The notes: generated from the letters alone by a model not told the origin. Positions 32,302 to 40,366 are shown, counted from the stretch's first letter. The stretch: 40,366 nucleotides of DNA from Spirochaetia bacterium (GCA_046542935.1 JBKHAJ010000002.1:1-40366), one strand, 5' to 3'. A program made the numbers and translations.

Positions 32302-33424
32302 CAGCAATACGATTCTCTACGTTGACGATGAATTTTTCAATTTGAATTCCTTCAGAATAACCTTTGAAGATAATTTCAATGTCGTAACCTGCCGCTCGGC
32401 GGAGGAGGCCCTCGAAACTCTCGAAAAAATCGGTGAGGTACCCTTGATAATAACCGATCAGCGCATGCCGGGGTTGACCGGAATAGAATTACTCAAGAAA
32501 CTCAACGACCTGTATCCCGATACGGTCAAGATCCTTCTGACGGCGTACGCCGACGTGAACAACCTTCTCGAGGCGATCAATTGGGTGGGAGTCTACAGCT
32601 ACATCGTAAAGCCCTGGCGGGAGGACAGCGTACGAAGAATAATCTTCGAAGCTTTCGAGAAATACTATCTGGTCAAGGAAAACAAGCGTCTTATATGTGA
32701 GCTCAAGGAACATATTGAACGTATGCAACGTATGCAGGAGTCGTTGATCAGGCATGAAAAAATGGCGATAATCGGAAAACTCACCGCGGGGCTGTCCCAC
32801 GAAATACGGAACCAGCTTACGCCGATCAGTCTTCTCTCCGAATTTGCTCATGAGCTGAACGAGGACCAAAAGGAATCGGTGGGGTGCATCGTAAACAGCA
32901 GGGACAGGATTCTGAATCTTGTGCAGGAGATATGCGCCATAACACGGGACGAGGATATCGATGTTCCCTTCGATTATATCGATATAGAATCAACCGTTTC
33001 CGAGGCGATTTTTATTGCAAAGCTCGATCTCGATACGAGACCGATCAATATCTATCAACAGTTCGATTACAGAGGAAGGGTGTACGGCAACAAAAACAAG
33101 ATCATCCAGGTGATTCTCAATCTACTTCGCAATGCGGCTTATGCCGTAAGAAACAACGATAGAAAGATTATCCGGGTAATAGTGGATGAACAAGATGATT
33201 TCGCCGTCGTACATATCATCGACAACGGGTGCGGGATTGCTGAAAAGTATCTCCAAAAGATATGGGACACATTTTTCACAACAAAAGGGGAAGATGGAAC
33301 AGGTATCGGTCTCGAGGTGTGCCGGAACATAGTCCACGCCCACGGCGGGCGGATCACTTGCTTCAATAACGAATCAGCCGGGGCCACCTTTCAGTTCACG
33401 ATTCCCCTCACGGAACAACGGTAA
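32294..33424 (+). CDS. Receiver (REC) + HisKA/HATPase histidine kinase
   Basis: REC is NTILYVDDE...LIITDQRMPGLTG...LLTAY. The H-box is GLSHEIRNQLTPI and the G-boxes are IDNGCGI and GTGIGLEVCRNIVHAHGG. I prefer GTG 32294 (AGAGGA upstream, giving MNNSNTILYVDDE) over the track ATG 32249. Confidence 0.8.
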   Translation: MNNSNTILYVDDEFFNLNSFRITFEDNFNVVTCRSAEEALETLEKIGEVPLIITDQRMPGLTGIELLKKLNDLYPDTVKILLTAYADVNNLLEAINWVGVYSYIVKPWREDSVRRIIFEAFEKYYLVKENKRLICELKEHIERMQRMQESLIRHEKMAIIGKLTAGLSHEIRNQLTPISLLSEFAHELNEDQKESVGCIVNSRDRILNLVQEICAITRDEDIDVPFDYIDIESTVSEAIFIAKLDLDTRPINIYQQFDYRGRVYGNKNKIIQVILNLLRNAAYAVRNNDRKIIRVIVDEQDDFAVVHIIDNGCGIAEKYLQKIWDTFFTTKGEDGTGIGLEVCRNIVHAHGGRITCFNNESAGATFQFTIPLTEQR

Positions 33425-33489
33425 TGTCCGCTTCTCTCGCGGATTCGGCCAATTTCCTATCCATTATACATACCGGAGTGAAATCTCCT

Positions 33490-34692
33490 CTATGAAGATT
33501 GTGTTTCTGATTGCACCGGGGTTTCCTTCTTTCTCTTCATTAAGGACCGTGTTATGAGGTACGCGAAAAGAGCCGCGGCGGCAATGACAGGCGCCGCGAT
33601 GTGATATACGGTGGTGACGCTTCCAGCTGCGATAATTCTGCCGTTTAAGAGGGTCCCTACCGCTCCGCCGACAAACATGTGAAAAGAAGCCAGCGACATC
33701 GCCGTTCCCCGCATCGAGGGGAGCAGATTCTGCGCCGCCATAATCAGGGTCGACTGCAGGAAAACAAAGGCAAGTCCGAAGGCGAAAAAAGCGGAGACGA
33801 GGATGCCGATATGCTGAAATCGGGCGAGAGATATCAGCCCAGCGACGCCGAGAAGTCCCGCGGCGGGAAGAAAAAAGCGGCCGATTCTTTTCCTTATTTC
33901 CCCGGCTTTCCGGCCTCCTAAAACCGTCCCGAGTCCGAAGGATGTAAGGATGAGCCCGATCAAAACGACCGGCAGGCCCGTAACTGTTTCAACGTAATAT
34001 CCGGAAAAAGAAAAGCTGCCGAAAACCGCATACCCGACGAGGAAGATGGTTCCTACCACCGTCATAAGACTGCGGGTTGAAAAAGCCGTCCCGTAGGTCT
34101 TGAAAAAAGACGTGTGATGTGAACCCGTACCGGACCGGAGCTTTATCAGCACGAAAAAGGCCAGAATCAATTCCGCTGCGCCGTAGAGAACATAGACGGC
34201 CCGCCAGGAGGCGAATTGCGCAAGAGCGCCACCGATAAGGATCGATGAGGCCCCTCCTAAAAACATCATTCCCATGACACTCCCGATTGCGTTCTGCCGT
34301 GTATCCGGGCCGAAGCGTTCGCCTATCAGGGCCATGGTAACGGGAAAGATACCCGCCGCGAACAACCCGTTGAACGCCCTGAAAACGATGAGTGAGGTTA
34401 AATTAAAGGCGAACCCTCCCGCGATACTGAATACGGCCGTCCCGAAAGCCGCTACTTTGATGATCCTTCCCCTGCCTAATTTGTCTCCTAAAGGACCGAA
34501 GAGGACTGTAAAAAAACCGAAGGAAAGCATGTATGCGGTTACCGAAAGGGAGGCCCGGGATATCTCGAGCCGGAGGTCGGAGGCGATGTTTATCAAGAGG
34601 GGCGCCACGGCATAGTTGTCCCCGTTCGCCCAAAACGCCAAAAACCCGAGAAGAAAAAGCAGTATGCGGTTTTCACGATTTTCTTGCGTCAT
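33490..34692 (-). CDS. MFS transporter
   Basis: 400 aa with about 12 hydrophobic segments and a GPLGDKLGRGR motif (MFS loop 2-3 signature). Confidence 0.85.
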   Translation of the reverse strand: MTQENRENRILLFLLGFLAFWANGDNYAVAPLLINIASDLRLEISRASLSVTAYMLSFGFFTVLFGPLGDKLGRGRIIKVAAFGTAVFSIAGGFAFNLTSLIVFRAFNGLFAAGIFPVTMALIGERFGPDTRQNAIGSVMGMMFLGGASSILIGGALAQFASWRAVYVLYGAAELILAFFVLIKLRSGTGSHHTSFFKTYGTAFSTRSLMTVVGTIFLVGYAVFGSFSFSGYYVETVTGLPVVLIGLILTSFGLGTVLGGRKAGEIRKRIGRFFLPAAGLLGVAGLISLARFQHIGILVSAFFAFGLAFVFLQSTLIMAAQNLLPSMRGTAMSLASFHMFVGGAVGTLLNGRIIAAGSVTTVYHIAAPVIAAAALFAYLITRSLMKRKKETPVQSETQSS

Positions 34693-34776
34693 GTTCCTTC
34701 CTTTTGTGTTTTTTCCAATATGTATATTTTCATATACAGAGTCAACCCCGGCTCCGGTTTGCTGTGAACGGCGAAG

Positions 34777-35970
34777 CTAACCGATAAATCCGGCAGCGAG
34801 AGCGGTGAGAACTATAAGCGGTGCGGGAATCCCGGTGAACCCCAAGAGCACGCCGGCGAGGGCGGTCACGAGAAGATTGTCCCAGGTAAAGCCGCTTGCA
34901 ATCATGAGGATTACCGCCGCGGCGGCAATGAGACCGCCGGCCACGGCATTGATTCCGGCAAGCGATATACGGACCGCCCTGATCCTCTTCAGGTCTTCCC
35001 ACAGGGGGTAAACGAAGTAGATAAGAAGCAGTCCGGGAAGGAAAATCCCGATCCCTCCGATCGCTGCACCGAGGAGCTGTACGGGAATTCCTCCATACCT
35101 TGCAGCCATACCTCCCGCATAGGCTGCAAAGCTGAACATGGGTCCGGGCAGACCTTGGACCAGCCCGTATCCGGTGAGGAACTCGCCGCTCGTCATGAAT
35201 TGATGCACATCGACGAGCTCGCTGTACATTACAGGTACAACGACTTGCCCGCCGCCGAACACGAGATATCCGTAGCGATAAAATCGTTCAAACAACGCCG
35301 CCAGCCGGACTTCGGTCAGCCCCGACGCTATGAGTCCCCCTGCAGCGAGTAAGACGAAGGCGGCGAAGTATATCCACCGCGGCTTCACCGTCACGCGGTT
35401 CCACATCCCCTGTTCACGGTATACGAGAATTCCCGCCGCCGCCCCCGCTAACAGCACAACCGGGAAGATCCACGGCTGTCTGACGAAAAATGTCACACCG
35501 CCGCCGAACAGCAGGAGAAACGCAGTCGTGATGTCCTTCACCACCTTACGCCCGATTCGTACGGCGGCGACGATGATGAACCCCACCGCCATCGGTCCGA
35601 CGTACCTGAGCACCTCGGCTGAGATGTTTCGTTCAGCGAGGAAGCCGTAGAGAAAAGAAAGCGCCGTCATCGCCGAGAGCACCGGAAGCGCCCATACGAG
35701 CATCGTAAGAAGCGCGAGTTTCGGTCCCCCGGTCTGATAGCCGATCGACACGATCGTCTGGGTGCTCGTCGGTCCGGGGAGAATACTGCACAGCGCCATC
35801 AGCTCGATCAGCTCCTCCTCGGCAAGATAGCGCCGCTTCGACACCATCCGGTTGAGAAACACGCTGATATGCGACTCAGGGCCTCCGTAGGCGCCGAGGG
35901 AGCACACGAGTACGTCTTTGAGAAAACTCGTCCATCGTGTACGGGGGACGCTCCCCGGTTCTCTATCCAT
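34777..35970 (-). CDS. chrA: Chromate transporter (CHR) family protein, two-domain form
   Basis: 397 aa. GGPESHISVF...RRYLAEEELIELMALCSILPGPTSTQ and a second half with GLVQGLPGPMFSFAAY show the duplicated CHR domain pattern. Confidence 0.85.
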   Translation of the reverse strand: MDREPGSVPRTRWTSFLKDVLVCSLGAYGGPESHISVFLNRMVSKRRYLAEEELIELMALCSILPGPTSTQTIVSIGYQTGGPKLALLTMLVWALPVLSAMTALSFLYGFLAERNISAEVLRYVGPMAVGFIIVAAVRIGRKVVKDITTAFLLLFGGGVTFFVRQPWIFPVVLLAGAAAGILVYREQGMWNRVTVKPRWIYFAAFVLLAAGGLIASGLTEVRLAALFERFYRYGYLVFGGGQVVVPVMYSELVDVHQFMTSGEFLTGYGLVQGLPGPMFSFAAYAGGMAARYGGIPVQLLGAAIGGIGIFLPGLLLIYFVYPLWEDLKRIRAVRISLAGINAVAGGLIAAAAVILMIASGFTWDNLLVTALAGVLLGFTGIPAPLIVLTALAAGFIG

Positions 35971-36016
35971 GCCGGATCTATCCTAGGTGATACAGTATAG
36001 AAACGGACGCACAGGA

Positions 36017-36298
36017 TCAGCCGCCTCCTCCGGGCGGGAAAAGGGCTACTTCGTCCCCTTCAGAGAGCTGTGTTTTCAGCTTATCAAGATGAAAAATGTG
36101 TTGTCCGTTTATCATGATAATAGTGCCGGGCCTCATCTCCCCGGAGTCCTCGAGCAGCTTGTGGAGAAAAGGAGTATCGATATCTTTCTGAACACGAAAA
36201 AGAAGCTCCCCGACCCTCTCGCCGGGGATAAACGGCAGCTCCAGCTCCTTCCTTTCGAGAAGAAGCTGGAGAAGAGTAAAAAACCTGACTCGGATCAT
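36017..36298 (-). CDS. MoaD/ThiS-family ubiquitin-like sulfur-carrier protein
   Basis: 93 aa. It ends ...GDEVALFPPGGGG-stop, a beta-grasp Ubl C-terminus with terminal Gly-Gly. Its ATG shares one nt with the aor stop (TAATG). Confidence 0.8.
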   Translation of the reverse strand: MIRVRFFTLLQLLLERKELELPFIPGERVGELLFRVQKDIDTPFLHKLLEDSGEMRPGTIIMINGQHIFHLDKLKTQLSEGDEVALFPPGGGG

Positions 36299-38103
36299 TA
36301 AGCGATACCGAGATCCTTAAGTGTCGCTTCAGGTATGGTTCCATCGGCATTCCAGTCCCTCAGTTCATAGTATTCAGGAAGAAGCTTGGGAAGCTGGTGC
36401 ACCGCCCCTTTCTGGGGACCGTCGGGCAAGGGTTCAAACATCCGCTTGGGAAGTGTGTCCTGGGAAGAATCGATTCCCGCGGCCAAGTTAAACTTTCTTT
36501 CCAGGTTCCAGATCCTCGATCCGATCTTCAAGGTATCCTCCGGAGAAAGACTAAATCCCGCAGAAGCGTTAATAAGGTCGGTATAGTCTTCAAGGCCCAA
36601 GGCAAAAGAGGTAAATAGGCAGAGCCCGGCCGAATCGATTACCGCGGTAAGGTCCTGGAAAATGATGACCCACTTCGGTTTTCCCTTCAGCTCCTGGGTA
36701 TCCAGTTTTTCAGGAACTCCAAGCACCTCGGGGCTGATCATGTAGCCCCGGACGTGACACCCCCCCCGGTTGCTGGTGGCATACTGGAGGCCGTGGCCCT
36801 GAACTCCCCGTGGATCGTAGGCGGGAAGTTCCTGCTTCTTTACGGACATGGAAAGTTCCGGGTGGCCGTAGTGTTCCGCCATCCGGTAGGATCCCTTGGC
36901 CATAAGCTTACCCAGTCTGCCTTCCACCTTACCGAGTTTGTCGGTCCAGTAGACTATCGATTCGGAGCTGCCGAACTTCAGCTCCGGTCCATCCTCCAGG
37001 TCCTCTTTGGGAATGTAACCTTTTTCGTAAAGTTCCATGGCCGTACCGACGGTAACACCGGCGCTGATGGTGTCGATGCCAAGCCCGTTGCAGATAAAGT
37101 TCGCCTCACAGATAGCATGGAGATCGTTCACACCGCAATGAGCGCCGAAAGCCCATCCTGTTTCATACTCCGGGCCTTCCATGCGCACACCGTTGGGAAG
37201 TTCCACATCCCGGGCACAGGCGATAGGACAGGCAAAACAGGCGGTATTGCTTTTCAGGTAACCCTTTTTCACCAAAGCTTCGCCGGAAACCTCACCAACA
37301 TCTTCAAAGGTGGCGGATTGAAAGTTACGGGTGGGATAGAGCCCCCCCTGGTTGATGATGTTATCGAGAACCTTGGTTCCCAAAGCCGGAAGTCCCTCTC
37401 CGGTTACCGGATTGACTTTGATCTTCTCAATCTTCTCTTTAACGGTAGAGGAAAAAGTACTCTTATCGGTAAAATCGATGGTGTTGCTTCCTTTAACCAC
37501 CACCGCCTTGACATTTTTTGACCCCATAACGGCACCTACACCGCTGCGTCCCGGTGCCCGATGCTTGTCATTGATAATACATGCAATCTCTGAAAGCTTC
37601 TCTCCGGCGGGGCCTATACAGGCAACCCTCGCCCCTTTCTCCCCCACTTCGTCAAGGAGAATATCCGTGGTCTCACCGGTCTTTTTTCCCCAAACATGTG
37701 AGGCATCTTTAAATTCCACATTGTTGTCGTAGATGGAAATATAGATCGGCTTATCGCTCTTTCCCTCCAGGATTACCATGGTGTAACCGGTTTTTCGCAG
37801 AACAGCACCCCATACTCCTCCGGAGTTGGAACATGCGATGGTTCCCGTCAAGGGGCTTTTTGTCACTACCATGAACCTTCCGGCAGTGGGAGCGCTGGTT
37901 CCGGTCATCAGGCCGCAGGCGAAGATCAATTTATTCTTCGGGGAAAGAGCATCCACCTTGGGATCTACTTCATCAACAAAATACTTTGAAGCAAGACCTC
38001 TTCCTCCAAGGTAATCCTTCAACAAGGATACATCTATCGGTTCTTCGCTGCTGGTGTGGTTGGAAAGATTAATTCGTAATAGGGTGGCCTCGGTCAGTTT
38101 CAT
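36298..38103 (-). CDS. aor: Tungsten-type aldehyde:ferredoxin oxidoreductase (AOR family)
   Basis: 601 aa from ATG 38103 (GGAGGT upstream). The N-terminal domain reads LLRINLSN...DYLGGRGLASKYF...SPLTG...GGVWG, with a [4Fe-4S]/pterin region (CFACPIAC, GLCLF). The track start 38184 lies inside the riboswitch. Confidence 0.9.
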   Translation of the reverse strand: MKLTEATLLRINLSNHTSSEEPIDVSLLKDYLGGRGLASKYFVDEVDPKVDALSPKNKLIFACGLMTGTSAPTAGRFMVVTKSPLTGTIACSNSGGVWGAVLRKTGYTMVILEGKSDKPIYISIYDNNVEFKDASHVWGKKTGETTDILLDEVGEKGARVACIGPAGEKLSEIACIINDKHRAPGRSGVGAVMGSKNVKAVVVKGSNTIDFTDKSTFSSTVKEKIEKIKVNPVTGEGLPALGTKVLDNIINQGGLYPTRNFQSATFEDVGEVSGEALVKKGYLKSNTACFACPIACARDVELPNGVRMEGPEYETGWAFGAHCGVNDLHAICEANFICNGLGIDTISAGVTVGTAMELYEKGYIPKEDLEDGPELKFGSSESIVYWTDKLGKVEGRLGKLMAKGSYRMAEHYGHPELSMSVKKQELPAYDPRGVQGHGLQYATSNRGGCHVRGYMISPEVLGVPEKLDTQELKGKPKWVIIFQDLTAVIDSAGLCLFTSFALGLEDYTDLINASAGFSLSPEDTLKIGSRIWNLERKFNLAAGIDSSQDTLPKRMFEPLPDGPQKGAVHQLPKLLPEYYELRDWNADGTIPEATLKDLGIA

Positions 38104-38119
38104 AGCACCTCCATAGGAT

Positions 38120-38238
38120 AGTGGCGCTCTCCTTTCCAAACATGGGAGGCAACAAGGTTTTCCCTGCGCCCTAACGTCCTGCAACCATAGGAAGGATTGG
38201 GTTTTTCCAACAGGTCAACAGGCTCGGGGAGCTGCCTT
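38120..38238 (-). ncRNA. Moco (molybdenum/tungsten cofactor) riboswitch-like 5' leader of aor
   Basis: Minus strand reads GCUCCCCGAGCCUGUUGACCUG...GCCUCCCAUGUUUGGAAAGGAGAGC. The 3' half closely parallels the E. coli moaA Moco RNA as I recall it (GCCUCCCGUAUCUGGAAAGGUG). The 5' GCUCCCC (38232-38226) can pair with GGAGAGC (38132-38126) as P1. It sits between a strong promoter and a Moco/Wco-dependent enzyme gene. Confidence 0.6.
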
Positions 38239-38253
38239 AATTTATATATAAAA

Positions 38254-38282
38254 ATTGTAATCCCTCCCGAACCTCTTGTCAA
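38254..38282 (-). promoter_or_regulatory. Near-consensus sigma70 promoter of the aor operon (TTGACA-17-TACAAT)
   Basis: On the minus strand: TTGACA (38282-38277), 17-nt spacer, TACAAT (38259-38254), in an AT-rich patch about 150 nt upstream of the aor ATG. Confidence 0.6.
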
Positions 38283-38316
38283 TTTTTTCGCAAGCCCTTC
38301 TGCAAGCCGGGGCGGT

Positions 38317-39507
38317 TCAAGGGCAAAGAATGATTTGACGTGACCAGAGGCAGTTTCCGCAGCTGGGTTCAATTCCCCAACAGTTCCCGGAGCTGTCCCT
38401 TAGGTATTCGCAGCCCGCCTTCAGGGTGCAGTCGGTACAAGAGGGGTAGAGACTCTGTGAAACCGAAATGCGGAACCAGATATATTCCCGGCTGTTCCAT
38501 ATATCGTAGAGAGACTGTTTATCGATATTCCCAAAAGAGTGGGAAATAAGCTCCATATCCTTACCATCGACCCGTTCGGTGCCGTCATGGAGAAACCGGT
38601 AACACGGAGCCACCTCGCCGTCCCAACGGATTACCGCACTCTTTTTCTCAACAAAGCTGCAGTACCGCTCTGTCCGTAAGGAAAATTGGGGAACCGTATA
38701 ATGGACCCTGTGCCGGATCGATCGGAACAGGGTTTCGAGAAGCTCTCCCTTCCCCTCTCTGCACCCGTCGGTCCGGTAGAGGATTTCCTTCTCTCCCTCT
38801 TCATCTATGGGAAGTATGTTGGAAATAATAATCTCCTCTGCTTTAGCGGCGACAACAGCACCCCCGAAGGCTTCCAAGTCTTCAAGAGACTCCCGGGTCA
38901 AAACCCATTCAAGGGCAATAAGGGGCCTCCGCTTTCCGGCCCTTATCCTTGCATCCTTCATTCTTTCAATCACCTTCCAGAGAAAGGCATTTCCGGGAAA
39001 ATCCCCGGAGCCAAGACCTGATATCGTTTCCGAGTCACCGGCCGGAACAGCTGCATCCTCAAGGTTGCTGCCCGCGGCATGACCAAGGGCGCCGGTTTCA
39101 TAACTGAGAATAAGCTTATCTAAGCCTGTCTCGACAAGAAAATCTATCATCCCCTTATCGAGGAACGATCCATTCGTCTGCACCTCAATCGCCGGAACAA
39201 GGCCGGACAGCTGCTGAAAAAACCATGTAAACCGGGGATGAAGCAGCGGCTCTCCAACTCCGCCGATAATAACCCTCCTTACCCTCCCTTTCGCCTCATC
39301 CCGATCCAGGAACGAGAGGATCGACTTCAAAATTTCATCATCCATATCTCCAAAGGTTTCCTGAAAACCTTCCCGAAAACATCCTTTGCAGCTGAAATTG
39401 CAACGAGATGAGAGTTCGATATAGAGGCTTTCCGGATATTCATCCGCAGGATAGGAGATACGGGTTTTATTCCATACAAACGTTTCCCGGGCACTCTTTT
39501 TTTCCAT
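38317..39507 (-). CDS. Radical SAM / SPASM-domain protein (AOR-associated cofactor maturase, Cmo-like)
   Basis: 396 aa from ATG 39507 (GGGAG SD). It has the CNFSCKGC radical-SAM C-x3-C-x2-C and a Cys-rich C-terminus (CSF...CYRF...CTDCTLKAGCEY...CWG..SCGNC) typical of SPASM auxiliary clusters. It lies directly upstream of aor. Confidence 0.8.
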   Translation of the reverse strand: MEKKSARETFVWNKTRISYPADEYPESLYIELSSRCNFSCKGCFREGFQETFGDMDDEILKSILSFLDRDEAKGRVRRVIIGGVGEPLLHPRFTWFFQQLSGLVPAIEVQTNGSFLDKGMIDFLVETGLDKLILSYETGALGHAAGSNLEDAAVPAGDSETISGLGSGDFPGNAFLWKVIERMKDARIRAGKRRPLIALEWVLTRESLEDLEAFGGAVVAAKAEEIIISNILPIDEEGEKEILYRTDGCREGKGELLETLFRSIRHRVHYTVPQFSLRTERYCSFVEKKSAVIRWDGEVAPCYRFLHDGTERVDGKDMELISHSFGNIDKQSLYDIWNSREYIWFRISVSQSLYPSCTDCTLKAGCEYLRDSSGNCWGIEPSCGNCLWSRQIILCP

Positions 39508-39525
39508 TACACTCCCTTTCTGTTC

Positions 39526-39555
39526 TTGATTAGGGCAATAATAAACTTCTATCCT
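39526..39555 (+). promoter_or_regulatory. Candidate promoter abutting the E1-like gene (TTGATT-18-TATCCT)
   Basis: TTGATT (39526-39531), 18-nt spacer, TATCCT (39550-39555), then ttgcct and ATG 39562, with no SD. The TTG start in the track (39526) coincides with the -35 hexamer. Confidence 0.35.
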
Positions 39556-39561
39556 TTGCCT

Positions 39562-40311
39562 ATGATAAACAATGAAGATCGGAAACGCTACCACAGACAG
39601 CTAATAATTGACCAGTGGGGTGATGAAGTACAGGAAAAGCTTTCCCATACCCGGGTCACCCTCATCGGAGCAGGAGCGCTGGGAAGCCCCGCGGCACTCT
39701 ACCTTGCAGCCGCAGGGATAGGCCGCCTCAAGATTATCGACAAGGACAAGGTGGAGCTTTCCAACCTCAACAGACAGATTATCCATGAGGAATCTTTGAT
39801 CGGATTGCCCAAGGCAGACTCGGCGGGGAAGCGGCTTAATGCACTCAACAGCAGCATCGAAATTGAAACCCTGGAGGCCGAGTTTAATAATGAAACAGCG
39901 GAAGCGTTCTGTGAGGACACAGATATCCTTGTTGACTGCCTCGACTCATTCTCCGTAAGAAAAGTCCTCAACCGGTGGGCGGTAATAAAGAAGACACCCC
40001 TGGTACATGCCGGAATATCCGGCGGTGGGGGACAGATTACCGTTGTACCGGCGGGAGGAAAGCCCTGCCTGGAATGCATCTTTCCCCAGGCACCGGACCA
40101 GGAAAATATCCCGGTGCTGGGAGCCGCAGCGGGTATACTCGGCAGCATGGAAGCAATGGAGGTAATTAAGCTTATCTCCGGTATCGGGAAGCCCCTTACA
40201 CGGCGGCTTCTTATCTGTAACTTTTTTACCGCTGATTACCAGGAGATTGAACTCCGGTACTATCCCGACTGCCCTGTCTGCGGAAAAGAAAGTAACCGCG
40301 CTGTTTCTTAG
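39562..40311 (+). CDS. ThiF/MoeB/HesA-family E1-like adenylyltransferase
   Basis: 249 aa from ATG 39562. It has RYHRQLIIDQWG, a Rossmann LIGAGALGSPAALYLAAAGIG, LSNLNRQ, and two C-x2-C pairs (CLEC, CPVC) forming the zinc site of MoeB/ThiF-type enzymes. Confidence 0.85.
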   Translation: MINNEDRKRYHRQLIIDQWGDEVQEKLSHTRVTLIGAGALGSPAALYLAAAGIGRLKIIDKDKVELSNLNRQIIHEESLIGLPKADSAGKRLNALNSSIEIETLEAEFNNETAEAFCEDTDILVDCLDSFSVRKVLNRWAVIKKTPLVHAGISGGGGQITVVPAGGKPCLECIFPQAPDQENIPVLGAAAGILGSMEAMEVIKLISGIGKPLTRRLLICNFFTADYQEIELRYYPDCPVCGKESNRAVS

Positions 40312-40366
40312 AGTCCCAAAGAATGGGATTCCTGTTCTTTTCACGCTGCGGCGAAATGAGGAAGGT

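Noticed and set aside
31954-33424. Calling the PAS-only ORF plus REC-kinase a frameshifted pseudogene.
   Set aside because: Both ORFs are intact. The second has a plausible GTG start with an SD and a typical receiver N-terminus, and the 8-nt overlap is a normal coupling arrangement. I kept it as a finding to check rather than a pseudogene call.
38104-38184. Longer N-termini offered by the ORF track for aor (38184), surE (3106), the radical SAM gene (39594), the E1-like gene (TTG 39526), the LtaS-like gene (8123), the CDP-alcohol transferase (9493) and the URO-D-like gene (16128).
   Set aside because: Each extension overlaps the preceding gene, a riboswitch, a terminator or a promoter element. 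In every case an internal ATG with a good SD or coupling overlap matches the expected family N-terminus.
1-40366. A search by eye for tRNA/rRNA genes, CRISPR repeat arrays, IS elements, integrases, toxin-antitoxin pairs, restriction-modification systems or other recognisable defence systems.
   Set aside because: I found no regularly spaced direct repeats, no cloverleaf-like or rRNA-like segments in the few non-coding stretches, and no ORFs with transposase, integrase, nuclease or defence signatures. This is by-eye only; tRNAscan-SE, Infernal and a CRISPR finder would be needed for certainty.

Overview
This is a 40.4-kb chromosomal segment from a moderately GC-rich bacterium that looks anaerobic and motile. 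The gene content (cheD, LysM/M23 peptidase, CUT2 sugar ABC importer, URO-D-like paralogs, tungsten-type aldehyde:ferredoxin oxidoreductase) would fit a free-living spirochaete-like organism, but I cannot verify taxonomy. All functions are read from motifs in the translations; no homology search was run. I support about 37 protein-coding genes. I see no rRNA, tRNA, CRISPR array, transposase, integrase or phage genes. Nearly every gene from 2.2 to 23.9 kb is on the minus strand. Gene order left to right: LysM/M23 peptidase (partial), cbiA, surE, fba, cheD and ribA. Then comes a tightly coupled 5-gene operon (12588->6351) that mixes pterin/flavin-type enzymes with membrane phospho-alcohol transferases, plus a convergent methyltransferase. 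Next are a PAS/HisKA_2 kinase and a CDF transporter. A LacI-controlled sugar locus follows, whose only candidate catalytic genes are three URO-D-fold paralogs and a RhaM-like mutarotase. After that: a REC-PAS-HisKA_2 kinase, a geranylgeranyl-reductase-family flavoprotein, a glutamine-synthetase-family gene and an 86-aa ORF. A roughly 3.2-kb low-GC signalling islet (PAS-LuxR, PAS-only, REC-kinase) comes next, then MFS and ChrA transporters. The window ends with a tungsten AOR module: near-consensus promoter, Moco/Tuco-type riboswitch, aor, MoaD-like Ubl, radical-SAM/SPASM maturase and a ThiF/MoeB-like E1. The best candidates for undescribed biology are (1) the 4.8-12.6 kb GTP/pterin-plus-lipid-head-group operon and (2) the URO-D-only sugar utilisation locus. 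A recurring sequence-level oddity is sigma70-like promoters that abut start codons lacking a Shine-Dalgarno, which suggests leaderless mRNAs.
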